This document shows, one piece after another, positions 20,890 to 30,278 of a stretch of 64,000 nucleotides of DNA. The translations under genes and the position numbers were made by a program. The notes below the pieces were generated by a model, which searched no databases, was not told where the DNA came from, and worked only from the letters and a program-made list of their open reading frames with translations. Each line of letters opens with the position of its first letter. Within the stretch, counting starts at the first letter, position 1. Origin of the DNA: Nitrosopumilus sp. (GTDB taxonomy: Archaea > Thermoproteota > Nitrososphaeria > Nitrososphaerales > Nitrosopumilaceae). The DNA lies in the NCBI GenBank assembly GCA_965205425.1, contig CBDBGZ010000009.1:320001-384000 (forward strand). The letters run 5' to 3'.

Positions 20890-21662
20890 AGTTTGATTAC
20901 CTCAAGATCAGTTTTCTCAAGAAGATCAAGCACTTTTTGTTTATCAGAACCCAATCCTTTCCAATCTAAAAGTGCGACAGTGGCCATTTTGTTTTGTGAG
21001 ATAATATGAGAGAATAGTTGCTCATCAAGATTCTCCAATGCGTGTTTTGGAATTACTGTTCCAAGGGCATATTTTCCTTCAAGTAACTCATTAGTGAATT
21101 TTGAAGGATAGTGAGTTCCACCAAAACAAATTGCTACTGGATTTTCTTTAAGAGAATTAGACATTACTTGATGAACCAAAACAGATACAGATCTACAGAG
21201 AGATTCATCAGTCCATTGTTTGTCAGTAGTTCCAATCTCTATGAATATTGATGGCTTTTTTAACGCAGTTGGACCATGGTGAGTTGCCTCTATAGTAATT
21301 TGAAATTCTGAAAATTGTGATTGGTTTTTCTTTAAAGCCTGAAGATATGCTTTTTGTAAATTAGGATGAGGGATTGCAACTTGTCTGTTATTTCCTCCAA
21401 ACTTTGCTTCTGAGAAATTTCCAGTACTGTGACATGTCAAAGCTAACTGGCCAGATTCGGCAGCATGTTTTGAGAGAAAAACAAATCCATCATAATCATA
21501 TTTTTCTTCCAACCAATCAGCAGAAATTGCAGGTGTTGGAATTATAACAAGATCATAATATTGTCCGTGGAAAATATCTCCATCTTGAGTCATTTCTTTT
21601 GAAAGGAATTTTGCCATATTATGACCTGCAGGGTCATCTTGATACGCAACTAGTAGCTCCAT
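20886..21662 (-). CDS. dtdA: D-aminoacyl-tRNA deacylase (archaeal DTD2)
   Basis: SKH, EATHHGP, FIEIG, GGTHY. Confidence 0.92.
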   Translation of the reverse strand: MELLVAYQDDPAGHNMAKFLSKEMTQDGDIFHGQYYDLVIIPTPAISADWLEEKYDYDGFVFLSKHAAESGQLALTCHSTGNFSEAKFGGNNRQVAIPHPNLQKAYLQALKKNQSQFSEFQITIEATHHGPTALKKPSIFIEIGTTDKQWTDESLCRSVSVLVHQVMSNSLKENPVAICFGGTHYPSKFTNELLEGKYALGTVIPKHALENLDEQLFSHIISQNKMATVALLDWKGLGSDKQKVLDLLEKTDLEVIKL

Positions 21663-21701
21663 GAGATAAGGAATATAAGGACACCTTATCAATTTTCAGC
21701 A

Positions 21702-21875
21702 ATGAACCCTAGGCAGACTTTGAAGAACATGGCCAATACTATGAAAATGGCAAAAAAGCCAGACAGAGATGAGTACTCACAACATCTTAGACTTGTATTA
21801 TTGGGAATAGCAGGAGTAGGAGCTATTGGTTTTACTATACAGTTTGTCTTTTCGGTAATTACGTTTGGTCGATAA
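21702..21875 (+). CDS. secE: Protein translocase SecE (Sec61 gamma), 57 aa; absent from the ORF track
   Basis: MNPRQTLKNMANTMKMAKKPDRDEY...LLGIAGVGAIGFTIQFVF; immediately upstream of spt5. Confidence 0.92.
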   Translation: MNPRQTLKNMANTMKMAKKPDRDEYSQHLRLVLLGIAGVGAIGFTIQFVFSVITFGR

Positions 21876-21877
21876 AA

Positions 21878-22336
21878 ATGTCTGAAGAAATAAAATCACA
21901 TCTATTTGCAATTAGAACCACAGGTGGACAAGAAAAAGTGGTAATGAGATTATTAGAAGCAAAAGCTAATGCAAATCAAATTAACATTCAATCAGTATTT
22001 TGGGTTAGTGATCTAAAGGGATACGTCGTAATTGAGGCAATCAATCCAAGTGATGCATATTTGGCAGTAGAAGGTGTCAGACACATCAGAGGTCAATTAA
22101 GAGGAGAATTAGAATTCAAAGATATTGAAGGATATCTAGTCAAGAAATCAACAGTTTCACAATTAACAGTAGATAATGTAGTAGAAATTACAGGTGGTCC
22201 ATTCAAGGGAATGAAAGCAACAATTACTAGAATTGATGTTGAAAAAGAAGAGGCGACCGTAGTTTTGTTAGATGCATCATACCAATTACCAGTCACAGTA
22301 GACGCCAACTACCTAAAGTTGTCTAGTGAGGCTTAG
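21878..22336 (+). CDS. spt5: Transcription elongation factor Spt5/NusG
   Basis: TTGGQE, KGYVVIE, KOW motif GGPFKG. Confidence 0.96.
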   Translation: MSEEIKSHLFAIRTTGGQEKVVMRLLEAKANANQINIQSVFWVSDLKGYVVIEAINPSDAYLAVEGVRHIRGQLRGELEFKDIEGYLVKKSTVSQLTVDNVVEITGGPFKGMKATITRIDVEKEEATVVLLDASYQLPVTVDANYLKLSSEA

Positions 22337-22371
22337 GAAGGATTAAATTTTCAATTTGAGTTTGATTTAAC

Positions 22372-22851
22372 ATGGGAGAACAAAAAGTATCATCACTTGT
22401 AACAGGCGGAGGAGCATCAGCAGGTCCACCATTAGGTCCAGCACTAGGTCCTCTAGGAGTCAACATCATGGAAGTCATTAATTCAATTAATGAAAAAACA
22501 AAAGACTTCGAAGGAATGAAAGTTCCAGTGACGGTAATTGTTGATACAGATACAAAAAAGTATGAAATTGAAATCGGAATCCCTTCAGCTGCTGCTCTAA
22601 TCATGAAAGAAGCAGGAATTCAAAAAGGTTCAGGAGCATCAGGTACTGAATGGGCAGGAGATGTCAATATGGATTCAATCATTAAAGTAGCAAATACAAA
22701 ACTCGAAAAATCTTATGCTTCTTCACTAAAATCAGTTACAAAAACCATCATCGGTACATGTGTAGCATTAGGAGTTAAAGTAGAAGGAAAAACTCCTAAA
22801 GAAATTACTGCTGAGATTAATGAAGGTAGATGGGATGAGAAATTCCAATAA
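22372..22851 (+). CDS. rpl11: 50S ribosomal protein uL11
   Basis: GPPLGPALGPLG. Confidence 0.97.
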   Translation: MGEQKVSSLVTGGGASAGPPLGPALGPLGVNIMEVINSINEKTKDFEGMKVPVTVIVDTDTKKYEIEIGIPSAAALIMKEAGIQKGSGASGTEWAGDVNMDSIIKVANTKLEKSYASSLKSVTKTIIGTCVALGVKVEGKTPKEITAEINEGRWDEKFQ

Positions 22852-23307
22852 TTATTGAATTAGATATATAGGATCTTTATCGGTTTTTTGTAATTCTACA
22901 AAGGTTTCAGTATTTTGAATTCCTTCAATTTTACCAATTTTTTCAATTACTACAGAATGAAGAGCTTCAAGATTCTTTGCATAAACTTTAATCATAATAT
23001 CAAATCTTCCTGTTACTTCTGAAATGGAAACAACTTCTGCAGTTTCCATGAATTTTTTATGGATTGTGTCCTTAAATTTTGGATCGCGGTTTATTCCAAC
23101 AGATGCTTTAACTCCTATTCCCAAAAGAGAGTCATCAATCTCGATAGTGAATTTCTTGATGAGTTTCTTCTTCATCAATCTCTTAATTCTACTATACAGT
23201 ACTGATGCATTAATTCCAAGTTTTTTAGATAATGTAGGAACAGAAATGGAACCATCAGTGGTTAATTCGTAAAGTAATTTCATATCTAATTCATCAAAAC
23301 GGTGCAA
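22852..23307 (-). CDS. Lrp/AsnC-family transcriptional regulator
   Basis: N-terminal HTH; EVTGRFD RAM domain. Confidence 0.9.
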   Translation of the reverse strand: MHRFDELDMKLLYELTTDGSISVPTLSKKLGINASVLYSRIKRLMKKKLIKKFTIEIDDSLLGIGVKASVGINRDPKFKDTIHKKFMETAEVVSISEVTGRFDIMIKVYAKNLEALHSVVIEKIGKIEGIQNTETFVELQKTDKDPIYLIQ

Positions 23308-23465
23308 TGTGTTCGAAAAATATGGTTCTGATTTAATATATGTAGGTTTTCAGCATAATTTCCACCTTAATTATAATAATTTTAGTAAAAATATGTAATT
23401 TTTTAAAATAAATGATTGGCAAAAAAATCAATCTCTAAACGATTTTAAGTAGGTTTTCTCGAAAA

Positions 23466-24137
23466 TTGTTCGTAATGATTACAGACGCTCAGCTTACTGA
23501 AATGGTTCAAGCAGCAAGAACATCAACAAAAGAGAGAAAATTCAAACAATCTGTAGAATTAATCATCACTTTCAAAGATATTGATGTAAAGAAAGGATTT
23601 GCCATTAACGAAGTTGTTCAACTTCCAAAGACAAGTTCTCCAGCAACTGTATGTATTATCGCTACTGGAGATATGAGTGAAAAGGCAAAAGCAGCTAAAG
23701 CAGATTCTGTAATCGGAACAGCAGAATTAGAAAAATTTGGAACTAACAAAAGAGAATCTAGAAAATTCATTAACAAATATGATTTCTTTTTAGCAGATAC
23801 TAAAGTCATGCCAACTGTTGGTAAAACTTTGGGTCAGCTTTTAGGTCCAAGAGGAAAAATGCCAACACCAGTTCCTTTCGATGCATCTATTGAAGCATTC
23901 TTGGAAAGATTTAGATCATGTATCAAAGTAAGAACAAGAGCATCATTGTCAATTTCATCTAAAATTGGAGATGTCTCCATGGAAGATTCAGATTTAGTAA
24001 TTAACGCACATACAGTTCTTAGTGCAATTGAAAAGAAATTACCAAACGGAGAGAAGAACATGAAAAAGATTTTAATTAAAACTACAATGGGCAAGCCAAT
24101 AAAACAAGCACAAGAGGTTAAGAAGAAATATGCATGA
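23466..24137 (+). CDS. rpl1: 50S ribosomal protein uL1
   Basis: RKFKQSVEL, LGPRGKMP, KTTMG. Confidence 0.96.
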   Translation: MFVMITDAQLTEMVQAARTSTKERKFKQSVELIITFKDIDVKKGFAINEVVQLPKTSSPATVCIIATGDMSEKAKAAKADSVIGTAELEKFGTNKRESRKFINKYDFFLADTKVMPTVGKTLGQLLGPRGKMPTPVPFDASIEAFLERFRSCIKVRTRASLSISSKIGDVSMEDSDLVINAHTVLSAIEKKLPNGEKNMKKILIKTTMGKPIKQAQEVKKKYA

Positions 24138-24996
24138 AGATAGAACATCTTATCCTAAAAGAAAATCCCAAATGTATCAACAACTAACAGAGTTACCAAA
24201 AAAATACAAAGTTATGTCAATTATTCAAATGCGAAAAGTTCGTTCAACTCAAATCTTATCACTAAGAAAAACTCTCAAGGGCGAAGTGGAATTTGTTTGT
24301 GTTAAAGATAAGGTTGCAGCAAAAGCACTAGAAACACTAGACGTTCCAGGTATCAAAGATATGATTGGCGAACTAAAAGGCCAAATCATGTTCATATTTA
24401 CAAATATGTCACCATTCAAGCTAAACGTTCTTCTTGCCAAAAACAAAATCATGATGGCAGCAAGAGGTGGAGATATTGCAAGTATCGACATTGTAGTTCC
24501 TGCCAAAAACACAGGAATTGCACCGGGTCCAATGCTTACTGAATTCAAAGAGGCAGGCATTCCAACAAAAATTGATCAAGGAACAATTTGGATTGCAAAG
24601 GATAGTACTCCAGTGAAAAAAGGTGAAGCAATCAACGAAAAATTAGCATCAATTCTAGGTAAATTAGATATCAAACCAGTAGAAGCAGGAATTTCACTTT
24701 CCTCAGCATTAGAAGATGGTCTAAAGTATGCAGAAGCAGAAATGGTAATCGATGTTGAGAAGATAAGAAACGCCTTTGCTCAATCACACCAAGAAGCAAT
24801 CTCATTATCTATCGAGGCAGCATATATTACTGCAGATAACATCGCACAAATTCTTGGCAAAGCATCAGGATATGCTCGCTCTTTATCAGTAGAATCTGGA
24901 TTTATGACAGATGAGACAAAAGAACAAATCTTGCAAAAAGCAGATGCACAAGCAAAAGGTGTTGCAGGTCAAGCAAAAGATTACACTCCTGCATAA
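24130..24996 (+). CDS. rpl10: 50S ribosomal protein uL10 (P0)
   Basis: NTGIAPGP, LGKLDIKP. Confidence 0.95.
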   Translation: MHEDRTSYPKRKSQMYQQLTELPKKYKVMSIIQMRKVRSTQILSLRKTLKGEVEFVCVKDKVAAKALETLDVPGIKDMIGELKGQIMFIFTNMSPFKLNVLLAKNKIMMAARGGDIASIDIVVPAKNTGIAPGPMLTEFKEAGIPTKIDQGTIWIAKDSTPVKKGEAINEKLASILGKLDIKPVEAGISLSSALEDGLKYAEAEMVIDVEKIRNAFAQSHQEAISLSIEAAYITADNIAQILGKASGYARSLSVESGFMTDETKEQILQKADAQAKGVAGQAKDYTPA

Positions 24997-25049
24997 TCTC
25001 TAAAACATATTCTAAATCAAGAATTAAACATAATTTTGTTTTAATCACT

Positions 25050-25796
25050 TTATACTTCGTTTTTCTTTTTATTGAATTTGTTGTATCCTTCTTGGTTGTA
25101 TCCTTCTTTGTCGTAACCTAGGTGATCATATCCTAGTTCATCATACCCGTTACTATCAAATCCATCTTCATCATACCCGTCTAAATTATACCCATTTTTG
25201 TTATATCCATCTTCATCATACCCGTTACTATCAAATCCATCTTCATCATACCCGTCTAAATTATACCCATTTTTGTTGTATCCTTTTTTGTCATACCCGT
25301 CTAGATCATACCCGTCTTTGTTAAACCCGATTTTGTTAAGCCCATTTTTGTCATATCCATTTTTATCATAACCATTTTTGTTATACCCATTTTTGTTGTA
25401 TCCTTTTTTGTTAAACCCATCTTTATCAAAAACAATTTTTGTATCAATGTGAATTCCATCTATAGAAAAACCCCGATTATCATACCCATTGTTGTCGTAT
25501 CCTTTTTTGTCATATCCTTTTTTGTTAAACCCATCTTTATTGTAACCCTTGAAATCGAATCCATCTTCATCATACCCGTCTTTGTATCCTTTTTTGTCGT
25601 ATCCTTTTTTGTCATATCCTTTTTTGTTAAACCCATTTTTGTTGTATCCTTTTTTGTCATACCCATTTTTGTTGTATCCATCCTTACCATACCCATTTTT
25701 GTCGTATCCTTTTTTGTCATACCCATTTTTGTCATAACCATCTAGATCATATCCATGATTGTCAAATGTACGACTAAATCTATCGAATAAACCCAT
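25050..25796 (-). CDS. G-[YF]-[DN]-x-x pentapeptide repeat protein, function unknown
   Basis: Almost the whole 248-aa ORF is GYDKN/GYNKK/GYDED repeats. Confidence 0.8.
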   Translation of the reverse strand: MGLFDRFSRTFDNHGYDLDGYDKNGYDKKGYDKNGYGKDGYNKNGYDKKGYNKNGFNKKGYDKKGYDKKGYKDGYDEDGFDFKGYNKDGFNKKGYDKKGYDNNGYDNRGFSIDGIHIDTKIVFDKDGFNKKGYNKNGYNKNGYDKNGYDKNGLNKIGFNKDGYDLDGYDKKGYNKNGYNLDGYDEDGFDSNGYDEDGYNKNGYNLDGYDEDGFDSNGYDELGYDHLGYDKEGYNQEGYNKFNKKKNEV

Positions 25797-25934
25797 AACA
25801 GAATTTCATGAATTCGATTTAGATAAGCATTTTCGCACCCAACAACATCCATTGTTATTCAAAAATTCTCTATCTTGTTGAGAGTTTACGCTCTAATCAT
25901 ATTGTCAAACCATTCAATTTAGCCAAAATTAGGA

Positions 25935-26567
25935 TCAAGTTTCTCTAACTTTAGGCAAATTCCAATTAAACTTCATTGCCAATAATCTAATTCCAGTTCC
26001 TACAATAATTCCAATTACAGATGCAATCTGTACATCTACTCCAGATGAAAGTATGACATAAAATACTATAATTCCAATAATGCTAGCAATCGCATACACT
26101 TCTTTTACAAACACTATTGGTATCTCGCGTACAAAGACATCCCTTAGTATTCCACCACCAATTGCAGTAATCATTCCACCAAAGAACATTGGGAGAAATT
26201 CCAATCCAACTACTTGATACGCAATAGATGCACCCAAAATTGAAAATACTCCAAGGCCGACTGCATCAAATACTAACCATACATTCATCCGTTTTTGGAG
26301 TTTTCTAAAAAGGAAGAACATTACAACTCCAACTGCTACAGTCAATCCAACATAGATTGGATCAGAAAAAGCAGTGGGGAATCTTCCAAAAATAACATCA
26401 CGTGTTACTCCTCCACCAACACCGACTACTGTTGCCAAAACAATGATTCCAAAAATATCTGCCTTGTGTGCAATTGCTTTGGAAGCTCCAGTGACAGCAA
26501 AAGTTATCGTACCCAAGTAATCTAGAATACTAATGAAGCCATTTATTGGAAAAGAGAAATCAACCAA
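25935..26567 (-). CDS. TRIC / YadS (UPF0126) family membrane protein
   Basis: Duplicated GGGxxRD motifs, DAVGLG. Confidence 0.9.
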   Translation of the reverse strand: MVDFSFPINGFISILDYLGTITFAVTGASKAIAHKADIFGIIVLATVVGVGGGVTRDVIFGRFPTAFSDPIYVGLTVAVGVVMFFLFRKLQKRMNVWLVFDAVGLGVFSILGASIAYQVVGLEFLPMFFGGMITAIGGGILRDVFVREIPIVFVKEVYAIASIIGIIVFYVILSSGVDVQIASVIGIIVGTGIRLLAMKFNWNLPKVRET

Positions 26568-26646
26568 TCAATACAAACTGTGAGTTAGGAGTAATTAAGA
26601 TTAACAAAAATAAAGATCAAAATTAAATTGAGAAAAATAAAGTTGC

Positions 26647-26949
26647 TTAGCCAAATAAGGAAGACAATCCTTCCATGGCTGCTTCTTCGTTTTTAGGTTC
26701 TTCTTTCTTCTTCTCTTCTTTTGCAGGTGCGTCTGCTGCTGCATCTGCTGCTGGTGCGGCTGCTGCAACTGCTGCTGGTGCGGCTTTAACTGCATCATCG
26801 ATGTTAACATCGGCTAATGCTGCGACTAGAGATTTAACTTGGGCTTCATTAACGTCAGCACCAGATGCTTTGACAACTGATGTGAGGTTTGCCTCGTTAA
26901 CTTCTTTGTCTAGTTTGTGAAGAAGTAAAGCAGCGTAAACATATTCCAT
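26647..26949 (-). CDS. rpl12: Ribosomal stalk protein P1 (L12)
   Basis: [11 protein letters not shown], Ala-rich hinge, GLSSLFG. Confidence 0.97.
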   Translation of the reverse strand: MEYVYAALLLHKLDKEVNEANLTSVVKASGADVNEAQVKSLVAALADVNIDDAVKAAPAAVAAAAPAADAAADAPAKEEKKKEEPKNEEAAMEGLSSLFG

Positions 26950-27016
26950 TGTATCGAGATTTTCTTAGGGCATAATATAAAACTATGGAGAAGTTACGCC
27001 TGAAAACTTGGAAAAT

Positions 27017-27526
27017 TTAGTTCAGAAGTTTTAGACTTCTACAAACAGCATATACTGTTCGTTTCAGATGAGGATCATTCAAAGTATCCTTTCTTTGTCT
27101 TAAAACTCGTTTTGCCTCATCTCTTTCAGAACCTTCTGGCAATGACAAAACAGTATTAAAAAATTCAGGTAGTGATTCACGAATCCAACCATCTAGCATT
27201 GCATATATTTTTGGAGGAAGAATATCACACTTGTCAACATCAAGATCTAATACTTCGGCATAATTTTCATGTTCGACTCTATACACTAAGGCAAGTACTA
27301 CATTGTCAGGGTTTGGATGTTCAAGAATTTCTCTAGATCGTTCACCTGTTTTGTCTTGAGCAATCTTGTTTTTCAGACCAACTGGATTTACTATAACTCC
27401 ATTGACACCAACTTTTCTTCCATCAACACCAGTAACTACACCAAAAATAAAGTCATTAAATTCACCATTTTTTTTAACTGAGAAAACAGTAGTACCTTCT
27501 TTCAACTGAGGTTTCTTACCAAACAT
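27017..27526 (-). CDS. Hypothetical protein
   Basis: 169-aa ORF with normal composition; family not recognised. Confidence 0.7.
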   Translation of the reverse strand: MFGKKPQLKEGTTVFSVKKNGEFNDFIFGVVTGVDGRKVGVNGVIVNPVGLKNKIAQDKTGERSREILEHPNPDNVVLALVYRVEHENYAEVLDLDVDKCDILPPKIYAMLDGWIRESLPEFFNTVLSLPEGSERDEAKRVLRQRKDTLNDPHLKRTVYAVCRSLKLLN

Positions 27527-27604
27527 GAATAGATTGAGTTGTGTAGTGTATTTAATGTATTATTAATCGACAATTCTTAATATTGGAATGGAGCAGCCTC
27601 ATCG

Positions 27605-30274
27605 TTGGATAAAAGAGAGATTCTAAAAGAATTTTCAGCAGATCCTGAAAAATACTATAATGTCAAATTATTTCAAGAGCAGGGATTTGTCAGAAAGTCA
27701 TGTACTAAATGTGGCAGATTCTTTTGGACTCTAAACGCTGATAGAAATTTATGTCCAGATGATGGATTAGATACTTATTCATTCATTGGTGAGCCACCAA
27801 CTAGCAAGAGATTTGATTATACACAAGCATGGAAACAAGTCGAAGAATTTTTTGTAAAAAATAACCATACTTCGGTTTCAAGATATCCAGTTGTGTGCAG
27901 ATGGAGAGATGATTTGTTTTTTACAATTGCATCAGTTGTTGATTTTCAGCGAGTGATGGGAAGTAAAGTAGTATTTGAATTTCCTGCAAACCCGTTAGTA
28001 GTTCCACAAACTTGTTTGAGATTCAAAGATTTAGAAAATGTAGGAGTTACTGGCAGACACTTTTCAAGCTTTTGTATGATAGGGCAACACAGTGTTCCAG
28101 ATTTGGAGGGATATTGGAAAGATGAATGTGTTGATTTAGATTTTAGATTATTGACAAATCAATTTGGAATTAAGAAAGAAGAAGTTGTGTTTGTAGAGGA
28201 CGTATGGGCAGGTGGTGGCTCTTTTGGTCCATCCCTAGAATACTTTGTTAGAGGATTAGAATTAGGAAATGCAGTATTTACTGAATTTCAGGGAGAACTA
28301 GGACAACACACTACACTTGATCAGCGAGTAATAGACATGGGTGCAGGATTGGAAAGATTTGCATGGATTACCATGGGAACGCCTACTGCGTATGACTGCT
28401 GTTTTGGTCCAGTTAACGGTAAATTATTTGAGAAGATTGGAATTGATTCAGATTCAGATGTTTTGAAAAAATATTTCACAGAAATTGCAAAAGAGATTGA
28501 TCATTTCGATGATCTAAACGAGGTAAGACGTCTTGCAGTAAAGAATGCAGGAATTACAGATGATCAATTAAACAAAATGATAACACCACTTGAAGGAGTG
28601 TATTTAATTGCAGACCATTTGAGAACTCTAATTTTTGCAATTACCGATGGTGCACTGCCATCAAACGTTGGTGGCGGATACAACCTTAGAATGATGTTGC
28701 GAAGAATTAATGGAACAATCAACAGATTGAATCTAAAATTAGACATTGATGATTTGATTGATACTCATATTGATTATCTCAAAGACACCTATCCTGAGCT
28801 TGATGAGAAAAGAGAAGATGTCAAGGCAATTCTCAAGCTAGAATCAGCAAGATATGAGGATTCCAAAGTACATATGAAGAAAAAGGCTGAAAAGATTCGT
28901 GCGCGAGGAGTACCATCAGTTGATGAACTCATTACTTTGTATGAATCAGATGGAATTACACCTGAATATCTCAAAGAAGTTGATGCAATTTCAGAAATCC
29001 CTTCACAATTTTACTCTAAACTATCGGATTTGCACCAATCTGAAAAGAAAAAGGCAATCACAGAACTTCCACTAGAAGAATTGCCAGAAACTGAAACTCT
29101 ATTTTACAAAGATGACCCAATGGAGTTTGAGGCCAAAGTAATCAAGGTATTTGATGATCAAGTGGTATTAGATAGAACCTCATTTTATGCCAGAGGTGGA
29201 GGGCAAGAACCAGATTTAGGTAGTATCGCAGGATTCAAAGTTGTAAATGTCGATAAACACGCAAACATTATTGTTCACAAGCTAGAAGATGGCACTCCAA
29301 AAGAAGGAGAAACTGTATATTGTAAAGTTGATGAGACTCGTCGTGCAAACATTACAAAAAACCATACCAGTACTCACATTATCAATGCATCATCAAGAGG
29401 AGTGTTAGGTTCATGGATTTGGCAGCATTCTGCATTCAAAGACGATGATCATGCCAGACTAGACATTACACACCATTCATCATTAACTGATGAGCAAGTA
29501 AAGCAGATTGAAGATGCAGCTAATCAAATGGTAAAAGAGGATTATCCAGTAAACATTGATTACTATGATAGAGGAACTGCAGAGCAAAAATATGGTTTTA
29601 GAATTTATCAGGGTGGTGTAGTTCCAGTAAAATCTGTACGTATTGTATCAATTGAGGATAAAGACATTGAAGCATGTGGTGGAACACATGTAGAAAAGAC
29701 TGGAGATATTGAACTAATCAAAATTACAAAAACAAAAAGAATTCAAGATGGAGTAGTTCGCATAGAGTTTGTTTCAGGACCTACAGCTTTTCAATATGTA
29801 AAAGATCAAGAAGAAGAATCAAAGAAACAAGATGTAGATGATATTGCTAAAGAAAAATTAGAGAAACAAAGAGAAGAAAATAAAGATAAAGCAAGAGAGC
29901 AAATTCCTATTTTACTAGAAAAGATTCTAGGTGGAGAATCAGGAGAACTAGATGATATTACAATTAAAAATAAAATCTGCTTTACTGCAAATCCAAATTA
30001 TGATGATTATTTCCATCAAAACTTTGGCAAGAAACTAGTTGCCAAAGATAATACTGCTGCATTTTGTGGAATTTTTGAAGCTGGTCCAACTGTTAGAATT
30101 ATAGTATTTGCAGGGGAGCAATCAGGTGTAAATGCAGGTAAGATAGCCAAGGAAATATCCTCAATTTTAGGAGGATCTGGTGGCGGTGATGCTAAATTTG
30201 CTCAAGGTGGAGGGAAAGACACATCTAAAAAAGACGAGGCAATAACCAAAGCAAAATCAATGATTTTAGGATGA
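27605..30274 (+). CDS. alaS: Alanine-tRNA ligase
   Basis: DMGAGLER, ADHLRT, HTSTH, EACGGTH, GGGD-FAQGGG. Confidence 0.97.
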   Translation: MDKREILKEFSADPEKYYNVKLFQEQGFVRKSCTKCGRFFWTLNADRNLCPDDGLDTYSFIGEPPTSKRFDYTQAWKQVEEFFVKNNHTSVSRYPVVCRWRDDLFFTIASVVDFQRVMGSKVVFEFPANPLVVPQTCLRFKDLENVGVTGRHFSSFCMIGQHSVPDLEGYWKDECVDLDFRLLTNQFGIKKEEVVFVEDVWAGGGSFGPSLEYFVRGLELGNAVFTEFQGELGQHTTLDQRVIDMGAGLERFAWITMGTPTAYDCCFGPVNGKLFEKIGIDSDSDVLKKYFTEIAKEIDHFDDLNEVRRLAVKNAGITDDQLNKMITPLEGVYLIADHLRTLIFAITDGALPSNVGGGYNLRMMLRRINGTINRLNLKLDIDDLIDTHIDYLKDTYPELDEKREDVKAILKLESARYEDSKVHMKKKAEKIRARGVPSVDELITLYESDGITPEYLKEVDAISEIPSQFYSKLSDLHQSEKKKAITELPLEELPETETLFYKDDPMEFEAKVIKVFDDQVVLDRTSFYARGGGQEPDLGSIAGFKVVNVDKHANIIVHKLEDGTPKEGETVYCKVDETRRANITKNHTSTHIINASSRGVLGSWIWQHSAFKDDDHARLDITHHSSLTDEQVKQIEDAANQMVKEDYPVNIDYYDRGTAEQKYGFRIYQGGVVPVKSVRIVSIEDKDIEACGGTHVEKTGDIELIKITKTKRIQDGVVRIEFVSGPTAFQYVKDQEEESKKQDVDDIAKEKLEKQREENKDKAREQIPILLEKILGGESGELDDITIKNKICFTANPNYDDYFHQNFGKKLVAKDNTAAFCGIFEAGPTVRIIVFAGEQSGVNAGKIAKEISSILGGSGGGDAKFAQGGGKDTSKKDEAITKAKSMILG

Positions 30275-30278
30275 TATA

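Noticed and set aside
25449..25745. Overlapping repeat ORFs (VVSFF, YPFLS, TKKD)
   Set aside because: Shadows of the GYDxx repeat gene
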